From assembly GCA_949288455.1 (NCBI GenBank), contig CASEKF010000042.1, forward strand, positions 52,977-116,976: 64,000 nt of DNA, read 5' to 3'. This document shows positions 39,768 through 49,691 of the stretch, piece by piece. The notes below the pieces were generated by a model, which did not search any database, had not been told where the DNA came from, and saw only the letters and a program-made list of their open reading frames with translations. Made by a program: the position numbers and the translations under genes. The stretch's first letter is position 1, and each line of letters starts with the position of its first letter. This DNA is from an uncultured bacterium. GTDB lineage: Bacteria; Vulcanimicrobiota; CADAWZ01.

Positions 39768-39785
39768 TTGTGCATTTTTTCACTA
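39768..39785. promoter_or_regulatory. Candidate Rex operator (TTGTGCATTTTTTCACTA) in the hydCBA promoter region
   Basis: Matches the Rex consensus TTGTGAA-N4-TTCACAA with one mismatch per half-site. Lies about 40 nt upstream of the hydC start. Confidence 0.45.
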
Positions 39786-40173
39786 AATTTGTAATTTAGA
39801 AGTTTCAATAACGGAAATATAAATCCTTTTAATTTTAGAACTTTTTTAGCTAATTCAAAAGTTTATGAAAAATACAATTAGGAAGCTTTCACATTATAAA
39901 TATGCTTTTAAACGTAAAGCTTCCTAAATACAGGCGAAATTCTCTTTAGTTTAAATAGGCGGGACTTTTCTTGCGCTCTTGGCTAAAAAGTCGATTTTCA
40001 TGCGATATCGCCAATGTTCTAATGTAAGCGAGAGATATTCCGTATGTCCCAAGGTTTTTATTGCAAAACGGGCGCAATTCTCGTCCGCGCTTTATAGACG
40101 AAGAGGTCATTTATCGCTCAAAGAGGCTAAAAACTAAATCATATTCGGTAGTTTAAGTTTTTATATATCTTTA

Positions 40174-42099
40174 TTAATAGTTTGTTTCTCTTTGCTGAGT
40201 AAAACTGCCTCCCGACGGTTCCGGTAAATCGGCTGAGTCTTGGATGGGCGGAGGCGGAGCCGGCTCTCGCCGACTGTATTGCGGAGCTTCTCTATACGGA
40301 GGCTCCGCAATACTTTGGTCGTATTTCGGACTGGTTTCTTGCTGAGGCGGAGGCGTTGACACCGGGGCCTCTTTCAAGATTTCCAGCGTTATTATTTCAA
40401 ACGGAGGATTAGGCTTTTTATTTGGCACTTTATAAGACGCGCTTACTTCTGCGCCCGCTTTTAAGTTTTCAGGAGCTTGTTTTTTATCGATCGTTAACGC
40501 TAAGAAACCGTTGTCAGTTTGAATTCTTAGTTTGAAAATTCCTTGCTGAATTTCTATAGAAGTTATTTCTCCTTCCGTAGTTTTTTCAATATAAGGTTTA
40601 GGCGGAAGGGCAGGGGCTGCGGGGGAAGCCGTTTCGGTTGCCGCTATCTCGTCGACAGCTTTTACCGGCTTTGGATCCACTAGCCAAAAATCTTTTGTTA
40701 TATATGCCAGAATTCCTAAGATCAAAAAAATAATTGTACTTAGAATAATAATAGCGGTTAGACCCGGAGTAGGTTCCTGTCTGGCTTCTTCCGCAGTTTT
40801 GATAAGAGCTTGTTTTGCCGGGGATTCTTCTTGAACGGGCAAAGAAGGAGCGGGGAAAGTTTCTGGTTTTTGATAATCTGTCAGAAACTTATCCAGCGTC
40901 GCTTTATTTAGTTTCCTTGTAGGTTCAAGAACAGCCGAAAAAAGGACCGGATCGGACTCTTGTTTTTTTCTCGCTTGTTTTAGCGCGTCAGCGATGCCTC
41001 CTGAACCTCCGGATTCCTCCGATGATTTTATGGGTTGTCTCGCTGAATTTTGATAAGATGAAGAGCTTTCCGGATCGCGTTGTTCGTCGGTTTGAAAGGT
41101 TGAAGCCGAAGTCTTTTTCTTGTAAATTTGTTTCGGCAAATATATTCCCGAGTCTTTTTCTTCTTCGAGGTCTTCCGATGAATTTTCCGCGTAAATAGGA
41201 TTGGAGATAGCCGTTTCCTCATTATGCGCCGGAGGTTTAAGTTTTGGATATTCTCCTTTCATTCCGTTGTTTACTAGATATTCTTTGACTTGTTCGATAC
41301 TCTGAAAGCGATCTCCGGGTTTCAGCTGAACCATTTTTTCTATCATTTTCTGCATCGCTTCAGTAGCGGTAGGGTTATAATTTTTAACAGGGTCTATTTT
41401 TCCGCCGGTTAATATTCTGTCTACCGAATCGGGAAGTATTATGCCGGTGAGCATATAGTATATCGTCGCTCCGAAAGCGTAGATATCGGTTCTTTTGTCA
41501 GTTCCGGCCGCTCCGTATTGTTCCGGGGGAGCGAAACCGCTGCTGCCGGAGCCTTTGATTTTTGCCATTGTTCTGCTTGCTCTTCCCTGATCAAAAATCT
41601 TCGCGATGCCAAAATCTATTATTTGAACTTTTCCTTCCGGAGTGACCATAATATTAGAAGGTTTTAAATCTCTTAAAATGACCGGTTCCGGAAGGTTGTG
41701 CAGATACGTAAGAATATCTGCGATCTGCCATATTACTCCTAAAACTTGTTCTTGAGTCGGCAGCTCGGGCGATTCTACTATGACGTCTTCTAAAGAGCAT
41801 CCCGCCACATATTCCATTGCTATATAGTATTTTCCGTTGTCTTCAAACGTTTCCAAAACGTAAGGAATTCCAGGATGATTTAGCTTTCTAAGCGTGACTA
41901 CTTCGTTCATAAATTGAACTATTATTTTATCTCTGGATTCCGGATCTAAATATTGGTCCTGCATTTCTTTTAAAGCGCACTCTTTGTTTCGAGCTATAGA
42001 AAACGCTTTAAAAACGAACGACATTCCGCCTTTGCCTATTTTTTGTAAAATTTTGTATTTTCCCTGAAGAGTCATGCCGGGTTGTAAAGAACTTTGCAT
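40174..42099 (-). CDS. Membrane-anchored Ser/Thr protein kinase with C-terminal extracytoplasmic region
   Basis: 641 aa. GKGGMSFVFKA...ALKE ATP-binding region, HRDLKPSNI catalytic loop, DFG, one TM segment (IIILSTIIFLILGILAYI) and a Pro-rich tail. Confidence 0.85.
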   Translation of the reverse strand: MQSSLQPGMTLQGKYKILQKIGKGGMSFVFKAFSIARNKECALKEMQDQYLDPESRDKIIVQFMNEVVTLRKLNHPGIPYVLETFEDNGKYYIAMEYVAGCSLEDVIVESPELPTQEQVLGVIWQIADILTYLHNLPEPVILRDLKPSNIMVTPEGKVQIIDFGIAKIFDQGRASRTMAKIKGSGSSGFAPPEQYGAAGTDKRTDIYAFGATIYYMLTGIILPDSVDRILTGGKIDPVKNYNPTATEAMQKMIEKMVQLKPGDRFQSIEQVKEYLVNNGMKGEYPKLKPPAHNEETAISNPIYAENSSEDLEEEKDSGIYLPKQIYKKKTSASTFQTDEQRDPESSSSYQNSARQPIKSSEESGGSGGIADALKQARKKQESDPVLFSAVLEPTRKLNKATLDKFLTDYQKPETFPAPSLPVQEESPAKQALIKTAEEARQEPTPGLTAIIILSTIIFLILGILAYITKDFWLVDPKPVKAVDEIAATETASPAAPALPPKPYIEKTTEGEITSIEIQQGIFKLRIQTDNGFLALTIDKKQAPENLKAGAEVSASYKVPNKKPNPPFEIITLEILKEAPVSTPPPQQETSPKYDQSIAEPPYREAPQYSRREPAPPPPIQDSADLPEPSGGSFTQQRETNY

Positions 42100-42111
42100 T
42101 TTACACCTGCC

Positions 42112-42609
42112 TTAATTCTTTTTCTGTTCAAAAGTTGCATTTACATGTTGAGAGCAGTCGATATTGCATACTCCGCATTTTTTTGTGGAAGATTCTATAG
42201 CTTCGGCGCATTTTGGGCATTTCCATCTTTCCTGCATTAATTCAAGCCATTTGTCAGGTCCCAGCTCTTTGTATTCGTCGAGTTGTTTTATTAAAAGCCC
42301 TTCGTATATGCCGTCCATGGAAAGGAGTTTTTCGCAAGGATAATCGGAACATTCCGCGCAACTTTTCAGCGATTTATCCGAAGCGCATTTTCTGATTTTA
42401 CATCTGAAAGCCCAAGAGTGCCTATCTTTTGCGGCATCGCGGCACCCTTTGCATTGAACGTCGTTTACGCTGAAATTTTTGTTCATTTGCGAAGATAAGG
42501 ATTTAGAGAGTTTTCTTTGGTATTCTATGCCTTTGTCATACGCTATCGCAATAGGGCATGAACCGCAATAAGAACCGCATGTTCCTATCGCAGATTTATT
42601 ATCGTTCAT
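42112..42609 (-). CDS. Cys-rich DUF3795-like protein
   Basis: 165 aa with multiple CxxC / CxGC motifs (CGSYCGSCP, CKGC, CAECSDYPC, CPKC, CGVC). Confidence 0.4.
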   Translation of the reverse strand: MNDNKSAIGTCGSYCGSCPIAIAYDKGIEYQRKLSKSLSSQMNKNFSVNDVQCKGCRDAAKDRHSWAFRCKIRKCASDKSLKSCAECSDYPCEKLLSMDGIYEGLLIKQLDEYKELGPDKWLELMQERWKCPKCAEAIESSTKKCGVCNIDCSQHVNATFEQKKN

Positions 42610-42771
42610 ATCTTAAACCTTTCGTTCTTTAACTTTGTTTAAAAATTCTTGCGCTAAGGCTTTTATTCCTTTAAAGGGAAAATCCTATATATAATAGAAA
42701 TTTAACTTTCAAAAAATACGGGAATTTTTTGTGTTTTTTGTAGATATTTGTTCTAAAATGGGAGGCTTTAA

Positions 42772-44307
42772 ATGAATTTAGTTACAACTGTTAGCCCTTT
42801 GGAAGATTTAAGGGCTGAAATGCTTCTTGTAACTGTTTTTGAAGGGGAGAAGGAACTGTCAGGCCGGCTTGCATGGCTCGATAGAATTTTAGGCGGCCAA
42901 ATAGGAAGACTCCTTTCTACCGGGGAAGTTAGAGGACAATTTAAAGAGTTTGCGACTCTTCATGTTACCGGAATAGGAGCTCAAAGAGTACTTCTAGTCG
43001 GTCTGGGAAAAAGAGACGATCTTACTCTTAACAGAATCAGGAGCGTCGTAGCTATAGCCGCTAGGAATTGCCGCAGAATACATGCTAAATCTTTGGCGGT
43101 AGATAGTTTTACCACCTATGGAATTACTCCTAAGGAAAGCGCTCGGGCTATCGCGGAAGGAGTCATTCTAGGCCTTTATAAATTTACGAAATATATGAGT
43201 GAAAGCACGGCGGCTAAATATAAAAGCAAAATAGAAGAACTGATAATCGCCGATAGCGAAGGAGACAATATTCCCGAGTTAAAATTAGGTTTTGCCGAGG
43301 GATATACGGTCGCTTCGAACGCTAATTTTATAAGGGATATCGTTAACGAGCCCGCCAGCTTTATGACGCCTGAAAAATTTGCCGAGACAGCTATTGAAAA
43401 GACTAAAGATCTTAACGTTAGAGTTACCGTTCTAGACGAAAAACAAATTTTACAGGAGGGAATGGAAGCTTTTTACGCAGTCGGAAGATCCGCTTCTTGT
43501 TCTCCTCCGAGACTGGTTGAAATATCGTATGAGGGTAAACCTGGAGCTCCTTGGATAGGCCTCGTTGGAAAAGGCGTTACTTTTGATTCGGGAGGCTATA
43601 ATATTAAACCCGGAGAGTCTATGAAGCGTATGCATTGCGATATGGGAGGCGCAGGAGCCGTTTTAGGAGCCGTCAAAAGCGCCGCCGAATTAGCTCTGCC
43701 CGTTAATTGCGTCGCCGTTATGCCTATGGCGGAAAATATGATTTCCGGAAATTCTTATAAGCCGGGAGATATTATTGGATCTCTAGAAGGTAAAACGATA
43801 GAAATCGTAAGCACGGACGCCGAAGGACGCCTTCTTCTCGCGGACGCTCTTACATGGACTAGAAGAAAAGGCGTTGAGTATATGATAGACATCGCCACTT
43901 TGACGGGAGGAGTCGTAGTAGCTTTAGGCCATCATTTGTCAGGCATAATGGGCACGGATCCGGCTCTTATTAAAGCCATTGAAGAAGCCGGCGAAAAATG
44001 CGGCGAAAGAGTCTGGGAACTGCCTCTTTATAAAGGGTACGCTATGCAGCTTAAAAGCGACGTCGCGGATCTTGAGAACAGCGGAGGTAGAGGCGCTTCT
44101 ACTATTACTGCCGGAATGTTCTTGAAAGAATTTACGGGACAGACTAAATGGGCTCATATAGACATAGCTGGAACGGCTACTATCGACGCTTCTATTCATC
44201 TTTACGTTCGTAATCCTTATGTGCCTAAGGAGGGAGCGACTGCCGTGGGAGTAAGACTTCTTTATCAATTTTTAAGCGATTTTGCCAATAATGGCAATAA
44301 ATTGTGA
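42772..44307 (+). CDS. pepA: Leucyl aminopeptidase (M17)
   Basis: 511 aa. NTDAEGRL-type motif (VSTDAEGRLLLADAL) and the M17 catalytic domain. Confidence 0.85.
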   Translation: MNLVTTVSPLEDLRAEMLLVTVFEGEKELSGRLAWLDRILGGQIGRLLSTGEVRGQFKEFATLHVTGIGAQRVLLVGLGKRDDLTLNRIRSVVAIAARNCRRIHAKSLAVDSFTTYGITPKESARAIAEGVILGLYKFTKYMSESTAAKYKSKIEELIIADSEGDNIPELKLGFAEGYTVASNANFIRDIVNEPASFMTPEKFAETAIEKTKDLNVRVTVLDEKQILQEGMEAFYAVGRSASCSPPRLVEISYEGKPGAPWIGLVGKGVTFDSGGYNIKPGESMKRMHCDMGGAGAVLGAVKSAAELALPVNCVAVMPMAENMISGNSYKPGDIIGSLEGKTIEIVSTDAEGRLLLADALTWTRRKGVEYMIDIATLTGGVVVALGHHLSGIMGTDPALIKAIEEAGEKCGERVWELPLYKGYAMQLKSDVADLENSGGRGASTITAGMFLKEFTGQTKWAHIDIAGTATIDASIHLYVRNPYVPKEGATAVGVRLLYQFLSDFANNGNKL

Positions 44308-46646
44308 TTGGAGGATTTATGCTTAAGCGCTTTGCCGTAATATTGACGACAGTGTTCTTTTGCTCTTTTGCGTTCGTTTTCGCAGAAGAAGTTAAAATAT
44401 CTAGAGATAGTTATGGCGTTCCTCATATTTACGCTTCTTCTGAAGAAGGGTTGACGTTTGGCCAGGGGTACGCTCAGGCATGCGACAGACTTTTTCAGCT
44501 GGAGATGATTCGTCTTTCCTCGTCGGGGAAAATGAGCGAATCTTTGGGAGCCGATTATATAGACGCCGATAAAATGTATTTGAGATATTTTCCTTCCGGA
44601 GACGAATTGAGGCTATTCGTAAAAAGTTTTAATCCTGAGCAAAAGAATTTATTCAGAGCTTTTGCCGAAGGCATTAACGCTCGCATAGCCGAAGTCGAAG
44701 CTGAGGGTACTTTGCCTGAAGACTTCGCCGAATACGGCGTGCAACCCGTAAAGTGGACGGAAACGGACGTTTTCAGAGTATACTTTGCGCGTCATAAATA
44801 TATTTACGACTCAAAACAGGAACTTGTAAACGCTATGCTTTTGAAAAAACTTATTCAAAATCATGGCCAGATAGATGGAACTCTTATTTTTAACAGTATA
44901 GTTTTTACCGGCGATTCACTTGCCGGCACAGTAGCCGGAAACTTTTCGAAGTTTGATTTTAGAGGAGCCGAAGAAGCTTATGCCAACGTCGATAGGGAAG
45001 TAAGATTTTCTCAAAAACTGACGTCGGAATTTGGTATTCCTTATGGAATAGGGAGTTATGCCGTGGCTTTAGCCGCTTCAAAAAGTAAAAGCGGAAATTC
45101 TATGCTGCTGGCCGGACCTTCGTTCGGCTTTGGAGATCCGTCTTTTCTTTATGAATGTTCGCTTCATTCTAAGGAAATACACGCCGCCGGTATTCAGTCG
45201 GTTGGTATTCCCGGGCTTTTGATCGCTCAGAATGAATTCGGAGCTTGGACGTTAACGGGAGGAAACGATAATCAGACGGATTATTATATTGAAATGTTGA
45301 ATCCTGAAAATTTGTCTCAGTATAGATATAACGACGAATGGAAGGATATATCGAAGAAAACGTATACCATAAACGTTAAAGACTCCGATCCGGTATCTTT
45401 CGAAGTTTTAGAAACGCTTAACGGAATAATAGTATCGACGGACCTTTCAGACCCTAAAAATCCTGTGGCTTATTCTAAGAGAACTTCCGTTTCCTATTCC
45501 GATTTGGCTTCTTCTTGGATGAATTCGTTCGACGCCTTGAAAAGTTATACTACCGACGCCTTTATCGAAGCTTTTAGAAATTACCCTATTTCGGCTAATA
45601 TTTTTTATATAAATCAAAAGAATCAGCCGGCATATTTTCATTCGGGCAAATATCCAGTTAGAGCGGATGGCGTCGATTTAAGGATTCCTTCTTATGGGAC
45701 CGGACAAACCGAATGGCAGGGTTTTCTCCCGTTTAACGAACTCCCTGAGAGCAGACTTCCATCCAGAGGATTTTATGCCGATTGGAATTCAAAGCCTTCT
45801 CATGATTGGAATAACGGCGAAAAAAGTTATTTATGGGGCAGTCAGAATAGGGTGGACGCGATACGCCGGTATATTGATATAAACGATAAATTTACTTTTG
45901 GCGATTTAGACGTTATTGATAGAGTTATATCATATACGGATATATACGCTGTGAATATTAAATCTCTCTTAGTTGAGAAATTGTCTTCTTCTGAGGATGC
46001 GGACGTTATCGAAGCTTCCGGGCTTATCGGCGATTGGGATAACCGCCCGGTTATTTCTGAAGACGGCGTCTTTTTGCCTCCGGGAGGCGTTATTTTCCAT
46101 GAATGGATGAAAGAGTTCGCAAAACGCGTTTGTCCCGAGCTTGACGGGGACTTTGCTCATTACGCGATAAACGAATACGGAGCCCCGTTTATTTATAACG
46201 TGCTCAGCGACGTGATTCTTCCTTATAATTTTTTAAAAGACAGTTCGTCTTCAGAAGCTGCCGTAGCCGCATTGCTTAATGCCGTTTCTAATTTAAAAGC
46301 TGAATACGGCGACGATATGGATGCATGGAAAACTGCTTTGCCAATGCAAAATTATGAAGGTCCTTATCCGAAAAGCGAACTTAGCCAGGAAATGAAACGG
46401 TTTTACGCCGGAAATAGGGCTAGCGCCATATTGATGTGGGAAGTCAGCAGATTTTGGATTAAAGGAGTAGGAGTCGTTCCTCCGGGTTCAGGCGAATTTA
46501 TAGGCGATCCTTCTAAACCGGGACATAAAGACGATCAGCTTGATCTTTATGAAAATAGAAAATATAAAAATCTGCTCTTTTACGACGAAGATATACGCCA
46601 TCAAGAAGAAAGCGTACAAATTATCCAATTTAACGAAGAACAGTAG
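44304..46646 (+). CDS. Penicillin acylase family (S45, Ntn-hydrolase) secreted protein
   Basis: 780 aa. Signal peptide, then RDSYGVPHIYA...GQGYAQACDRLFQLEM, characteristic of penicillin/AHL acylases. Confidence 0.8.
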   Translation: MIGGFMLKRFAVILTTVFFCSFAFVFAEEVKISRDSYGVPHIYASSEEGLTFGQGYAQACDRLFQLEMIRLSSSGKMSESLGADYIDADKMYLRYFPSGDELRLFVKSFNPEQKNLFRAFAEGINARIAEVEAEGTLPEDFAEYGVQPVKWTETDVFRVYFARHKYIYDSKQELVNAMLLKKLIQNHGQIDGTLIFNSIVFTGDSLAGTVAGNFSKFDFRGAEEAYANVDREVRFSQKLTSEFGIPYGIGSYAVALAASKSKSGNSMLLAGPSFGFGDPSFLYECSLHSKEIHAAGIQSVGIPGLLIAQNEFGAWTLTGGNDNQTDYYIEMLNPENLSQYRYNDEWKDISKKTYTINVKDSDPVSFEVLETLNGIIVSTDLSDPKNPVAYSKRTSVSYSDLASSWMNSFDALKSYTTDAFIEAFRNYPISANIFYINQKNQPAYFHSGKYPVRADGVDLRIPSYGTGQTEWQGFLPFNELPESRLPSRGFYADWNSKPSHDWNNGEKSYLWGSQNRVDAIRRYIDINDKFTFGDLDVIDRVISYTDIYAVNIKSLLVEKLSSSEDADVIEASGLIGDWDNRPVISEDGVFLPPGGVIFHEWMKEFAKRVCPELDGDFAHYAINEYGAPFIYNVLSDVILPYNFLKDSSSSEAAVAALLNAVSNLKAEYGDDMDAWKTALPMQNYEGPYPKSELSQEMKRFYAGNRASAILMWEVSRFWIKGVGVVPPGSGEFIGDPSKPGHKDDQLDLYENRKYKNLLFYDEDIRHQEESVQIIQFNEEQ

Positions 46647-46659
46647 AAAGTAAAACGAT

Positions 46660-46752
46660 AATATTACTGGCAAGTTTTCCGAAAAACTTGCCAGTAATAT
46701 TTATAAAAAATGAAAATCCCGACGTTTCGATTTTGCGGGATTTTCATTTTTT
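46660..46752. terminator. Tandem hairpins between convergent genes: a perfect 19-bp inverted repeat (loop ccga), then a 10-bp stem terminator with T-run
   Basis: AATATTACTGGCAAGTTTT-ccga-AAAACTTGCCAGTAATATT (46660-46701), then GAAAATCCCG-N14-CGGGATTTTC followed by ATTTTTTATT (46712-46752). Confidence 0.5.
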
Positions 46753-46794
46753 ATTGTCTAATTTTTACGTTTTTACGCGCAGCATTCTTCAAGA

Positions 46795-47997
46795 TTATAA
46801 TTTTTCTTTAAGTAAATCCGCAAGCCTTTTTATTCCTATTCTGATTTCTTCTTCCGTAGGATATGAGAAATTTAGCCTCATATGATTGCCTCCGCTTCCG
46901 TCGAAGTGGAAAGCCGAACCGGTAACGTAGGCGACTTTTCTGTTGATTGCTTCATAGAAGAATTTTTCCGCATCCATATGTTCAGGAAGATTGACCCAGA
47001 GGAACAGGCCGCCTTCGGGATGAGTCCAAGTTATTTCGTCCGGCATGAATTCGCTTAGGGAGTTAAGCATGACGTCTCTTTTTGCTTTATAAACCGGAAG
47101 TATTTCGTCTATATGTTCCTGTAAAAGATCTCTTCTCAGATACTCCGCCGCTATAGCCTGATTAAAATATGGAGTGCATAAATCTATCGATTGTTTGAAT
47201 ACCGCCAATTTCTTTATTATACTTGGATGAGCGCATATCCATCCGAGACGGAATCCGGGCACAAGAACTTTTGAGAACGAGTGAAGGGATATTACGTTGC
47301 TGGGTTCAGTAAGCTGGAATAACGACGGCATAGCCTCTCCTTCATACCTCAAGTCTCTGTAAGGCGTATCTTCAATTACTAAAAAGTTATAAATATGAGA
47401 TAATTCTACGAGTCTTTCTCTTCTTTTTAACGACATTGTGACTCCGGAAGGATTTTGGAAATCCGGAATAACGTATATCAGTTTATAATGTTCCCCGTCT
47501 TTTGACATCGTTTTTAGTTTTTCTTCAAGGAAGTCGGTTCGTATTCCTTCGTCGTCTATTGGGATCCCGACGAAATGCGCTCCGCAGGAAGCTAGGGAAC
47601 CTATGCCTCCGGGATAGCTTGGAAGCTCTATGAAAACCGGGTCGCTCAGATCTACGAATAATTTAGCGGTCATGTCTATCCCTTGCTGAGACGCCGAAGT
47701 TATGAGGATATTCTCAATCGTAATATCGTAACCTTTGTTTTGCATAAGTCTGACGATTTCTTCTCGCAAAGGCATGTATCCTTCCGTAGCTCCGTACTGA
47801 AGAATAACTTCAGGTTTATCTTTAAAAAGCTGATTGGTAATATCTTGCAACTGGTCTACGGGAAAAAGCTCTCCGGACGGCAGACCTCCCGCAAAAGAAA
47901 TTAGACCGGGCTTGCTTGTAAGAGACAGCAGCTCTCTTATGACGCTTTTTTTAATTCTTCTTCCCATAGTAGAGTAATTTTTAATAAGATCTATCAT
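46795..47997 (-). CDS. PLP-dependent class I/II aminotransferase
   Basis: 400 aa. Fold-type I aminotransferase features, including SFSK(V) with the Lys. Confidence 0.7.
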   Translation of the reverse strand: MIDLIKNYSTMGRRIKKSVIRELLSLTSKPGLISFAGGLPSGELFPVDQLQDITNQLFKDKPEVILQYGATEGYMPLREEIVRLMQNKGYDITIENILITSASQQGIDMTAKLFVDLSDPVFIELPSYPGGIGSLASCGAHFVGIPIDDEGIRTDFLEEKLKTMSKDGEHYKLIYVIPDFQNPSGVTMSLKRRERLVELSHIYNFLVIEDTPYRDLRYEGEAMPSLFQLTEPSNVISLHSFSKVLVPGFRLGWICAHPSIIKKLAVFKQSIDLCTPYFNQAIAAEYLRRDLLQEHIDEILPVYKAKRDVMLNSLSEFMPDEITWTHPEGGLFLWVNLPEHMDAEKFFYEAINRKVAYVTGSAFHFDGSGGNHMRLNFSYPTEEEIRIGIKRLADLLKEKL

Positions 47998-48019
47998 AGC
48001 TCGTTTATCTCCTTTGATT

Positions 48020-49366
48020 TTATAGATTTTCGGCGTCCCAGTCTTTAATAGCTTGGGCTATTAGTTTTAGTTCGTCTTGCGAAACCGTTCTCATGTCAAA
48101 ACAGACTTTTCCCTGCTTTATTCTTGCAAATATCGGCGTTTCCCTGTCTCTTAAAAAAGCGACGAATTTGTCTGCTTTATTCTTAAAAAGCGATTTTACC
48201 GCTATTGAAGGAATTCGTTTTTCCGGAGCGCTTCCGCAGCCGGCATAAGCCCAATCTGGTTCATAGTAAAAAGTTTTGCCTGTTTTGGCGTCCGAGATCA
48301 TATCTATCAGAAGTTCGGCTTTTTTTCTCAGAGCGTCTTCGCTTTCGCTCAGCATTTTGTACAAAGGCAGTTTATTTTGGATACTTTCAGGTTCCATAAA
48401 TATTTCGAGAATATTTTCCAGATAGGTTATCGTTAGTTTACATACTCTTAAAGCCCTGTAAAGAGGGTTTTGCTTCATTTGAGCGATTAAATTTTTTTTG
48501 CCGAGTATAATACCCGCCTGAACTCCGCCTAAAAGTTTATCTCCGCTAAAAAAGACTAAATCGGCTCCTTGTTTAAGAGCTGTTCCCGGCAAGTTTGAGC
48601 CTTTGATTCCAAAGTTAGATAAATCTATAAGAGAAGCCGACCCCATGTCATACGCGGTGATGATTCCTCTTTTTTTCGCTTCCGCAGAGAGACTTTTAAT
48701 AGACGCCGAAGATACGAATCCCGATATAGAATAGTTGGACGGAGCAGCTTTTAGGTAGAGAGCGGTCTGAGTTCCCGAGACTTTGATAAAATCTTCTATA
48801 GACGTTTTGTTAGTACACCCGGTCTCCTTTAGGATTGCTCCGCTTGCCTCCATAATTTCCGGAATTTTGAAATTTCCGCCGATCTCAATCAGTTCTCCTC
48901 TTGATACTACGGTCTCTTTATCCTTAGAAAATGTATGCAAGACAAGAAGAGCCGCGGCTGCGTTGTTATTTACTACGATTGCGTCTTCCGCTCCGGTAAG
49001 GCATTTTAGAAGTTTGGCCGAATAACCGTCTCTTTCTTTCCTTCTTCCTGAAAGTTTATTAACCGCAATCGTTTGATAACTTTCAGATAATCGCGTCGGC
49101 AGCTGCGGGAGAGGAGCTCGCCCTAAGCCTGAGTGCAGCAAAATTCCGGAGGCGTTTACGGCTCGTTCGGATCTGTCTGCGAAAAATTCTTTTTTCCCCC
49201 GTAAAAAATATTTGGCGATTAATTCGTCCGCATATGCGGAATCGTTTGACTTAGGCGCGCGCGCTTGTATTTCGGCCGCCGTTTCGCGCGCTAAGAATAC
49301 CGCTAATTTATGAGGTAGATCGCCTCCGTATTTTTCGATTATTTTTGATATCGAAGGAGGGCGCAT
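48020..49366 (-). CDS. selA: L-seryl-tRNA(Sec) selenium transferase
   Basis: ...VNASGILLHSGLGRAPL... and FSGDKLLGG.QAG (PLP-Lys) are characteristic of SelA. Start reassigned to the ATG overlapping the upstream gene's stop (TAATG), with AAGGAGG upstream. Confidence 0.85.
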   Translation of the reverse strand: MRPPSISKIIEKYGGDLPHKLAVFLARETAAEIQARAPKSNDSAYADELIAKYFLRGKKEFFADRSERAVNASGILLHSGLGRAPLPQLPTRLSESYQTIAVNKLSGRRKERDGYSAKLLKCLTGAEDAIVVNNNAAAALLVLHTFSKDKETVVSRGELIEIGGNFKIPEIMEASGAILKETGCTNKTSIEDFIKVSGTQTALYLKAAPSNYSISGFVSSASIKSLSAEAKKRGIITAYDMGSASLIDLSNFGIKGSNLPGTALKQGADLVFFSGDKLLGGVQAGIILGKKNLIAQMKQNPLYRALRVCKLTITYLENILEIFMEPESIQNKLPLYKMLSESEDALRKKAELLIDMISDAKTGKTFYYEPDWAYAGCGSAPEKRIPSIAVKSLFKNKADKFVAFLRDRETPIFARIKQGKVCFDMRTVSQDELKLIAQAIKDWDAENL

Positions 49367-49671
49367 TAATCTTCCTCCTTGTCGTCGCCGTCTTCCGTTC
49401 CATGCTCTTCTATCCATTTAGCTATATCTCTTACAGGCGCGTCTACTTCCATAAGACATTTCCTTGACGCGCTTATAGAGGAATAGAACGCGTAGAGAGC
49501 TGAGTTCAGCTCGTCGTATTGAGGATTATCTCTAGTGTCTTCCACAAGACATCTTAAATGCTGGAGCAAAAGATATATATCGGCGCTTAGATTTTCATAT
49601 GCCGTTAGGCAGACTACCAGACCGTCTTCAATAACAGTTTTTAAAGTGTCGTCAAAATCCGATCTTTCCAT
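49366..49671 (-). CDS. Hypothetical acidic protein (101 aa), translationally coupled to selA
   Basis: Its stop overlaps the selA start codon. No recognisable domain. Confidence 0.4.
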   Translation of the reverse strand: MERSDFDDTLKTVIEDGLVVCLTAYENLSADIYLLLQHLRCLVEDTRDNPQYDELNSALYAFYSSISASRKCLMEVDAPVRDIAKWIEEHGTEDGDDKEED

Positions 49672-49691
49672 TTTTACACCCGCTTTCTTTC

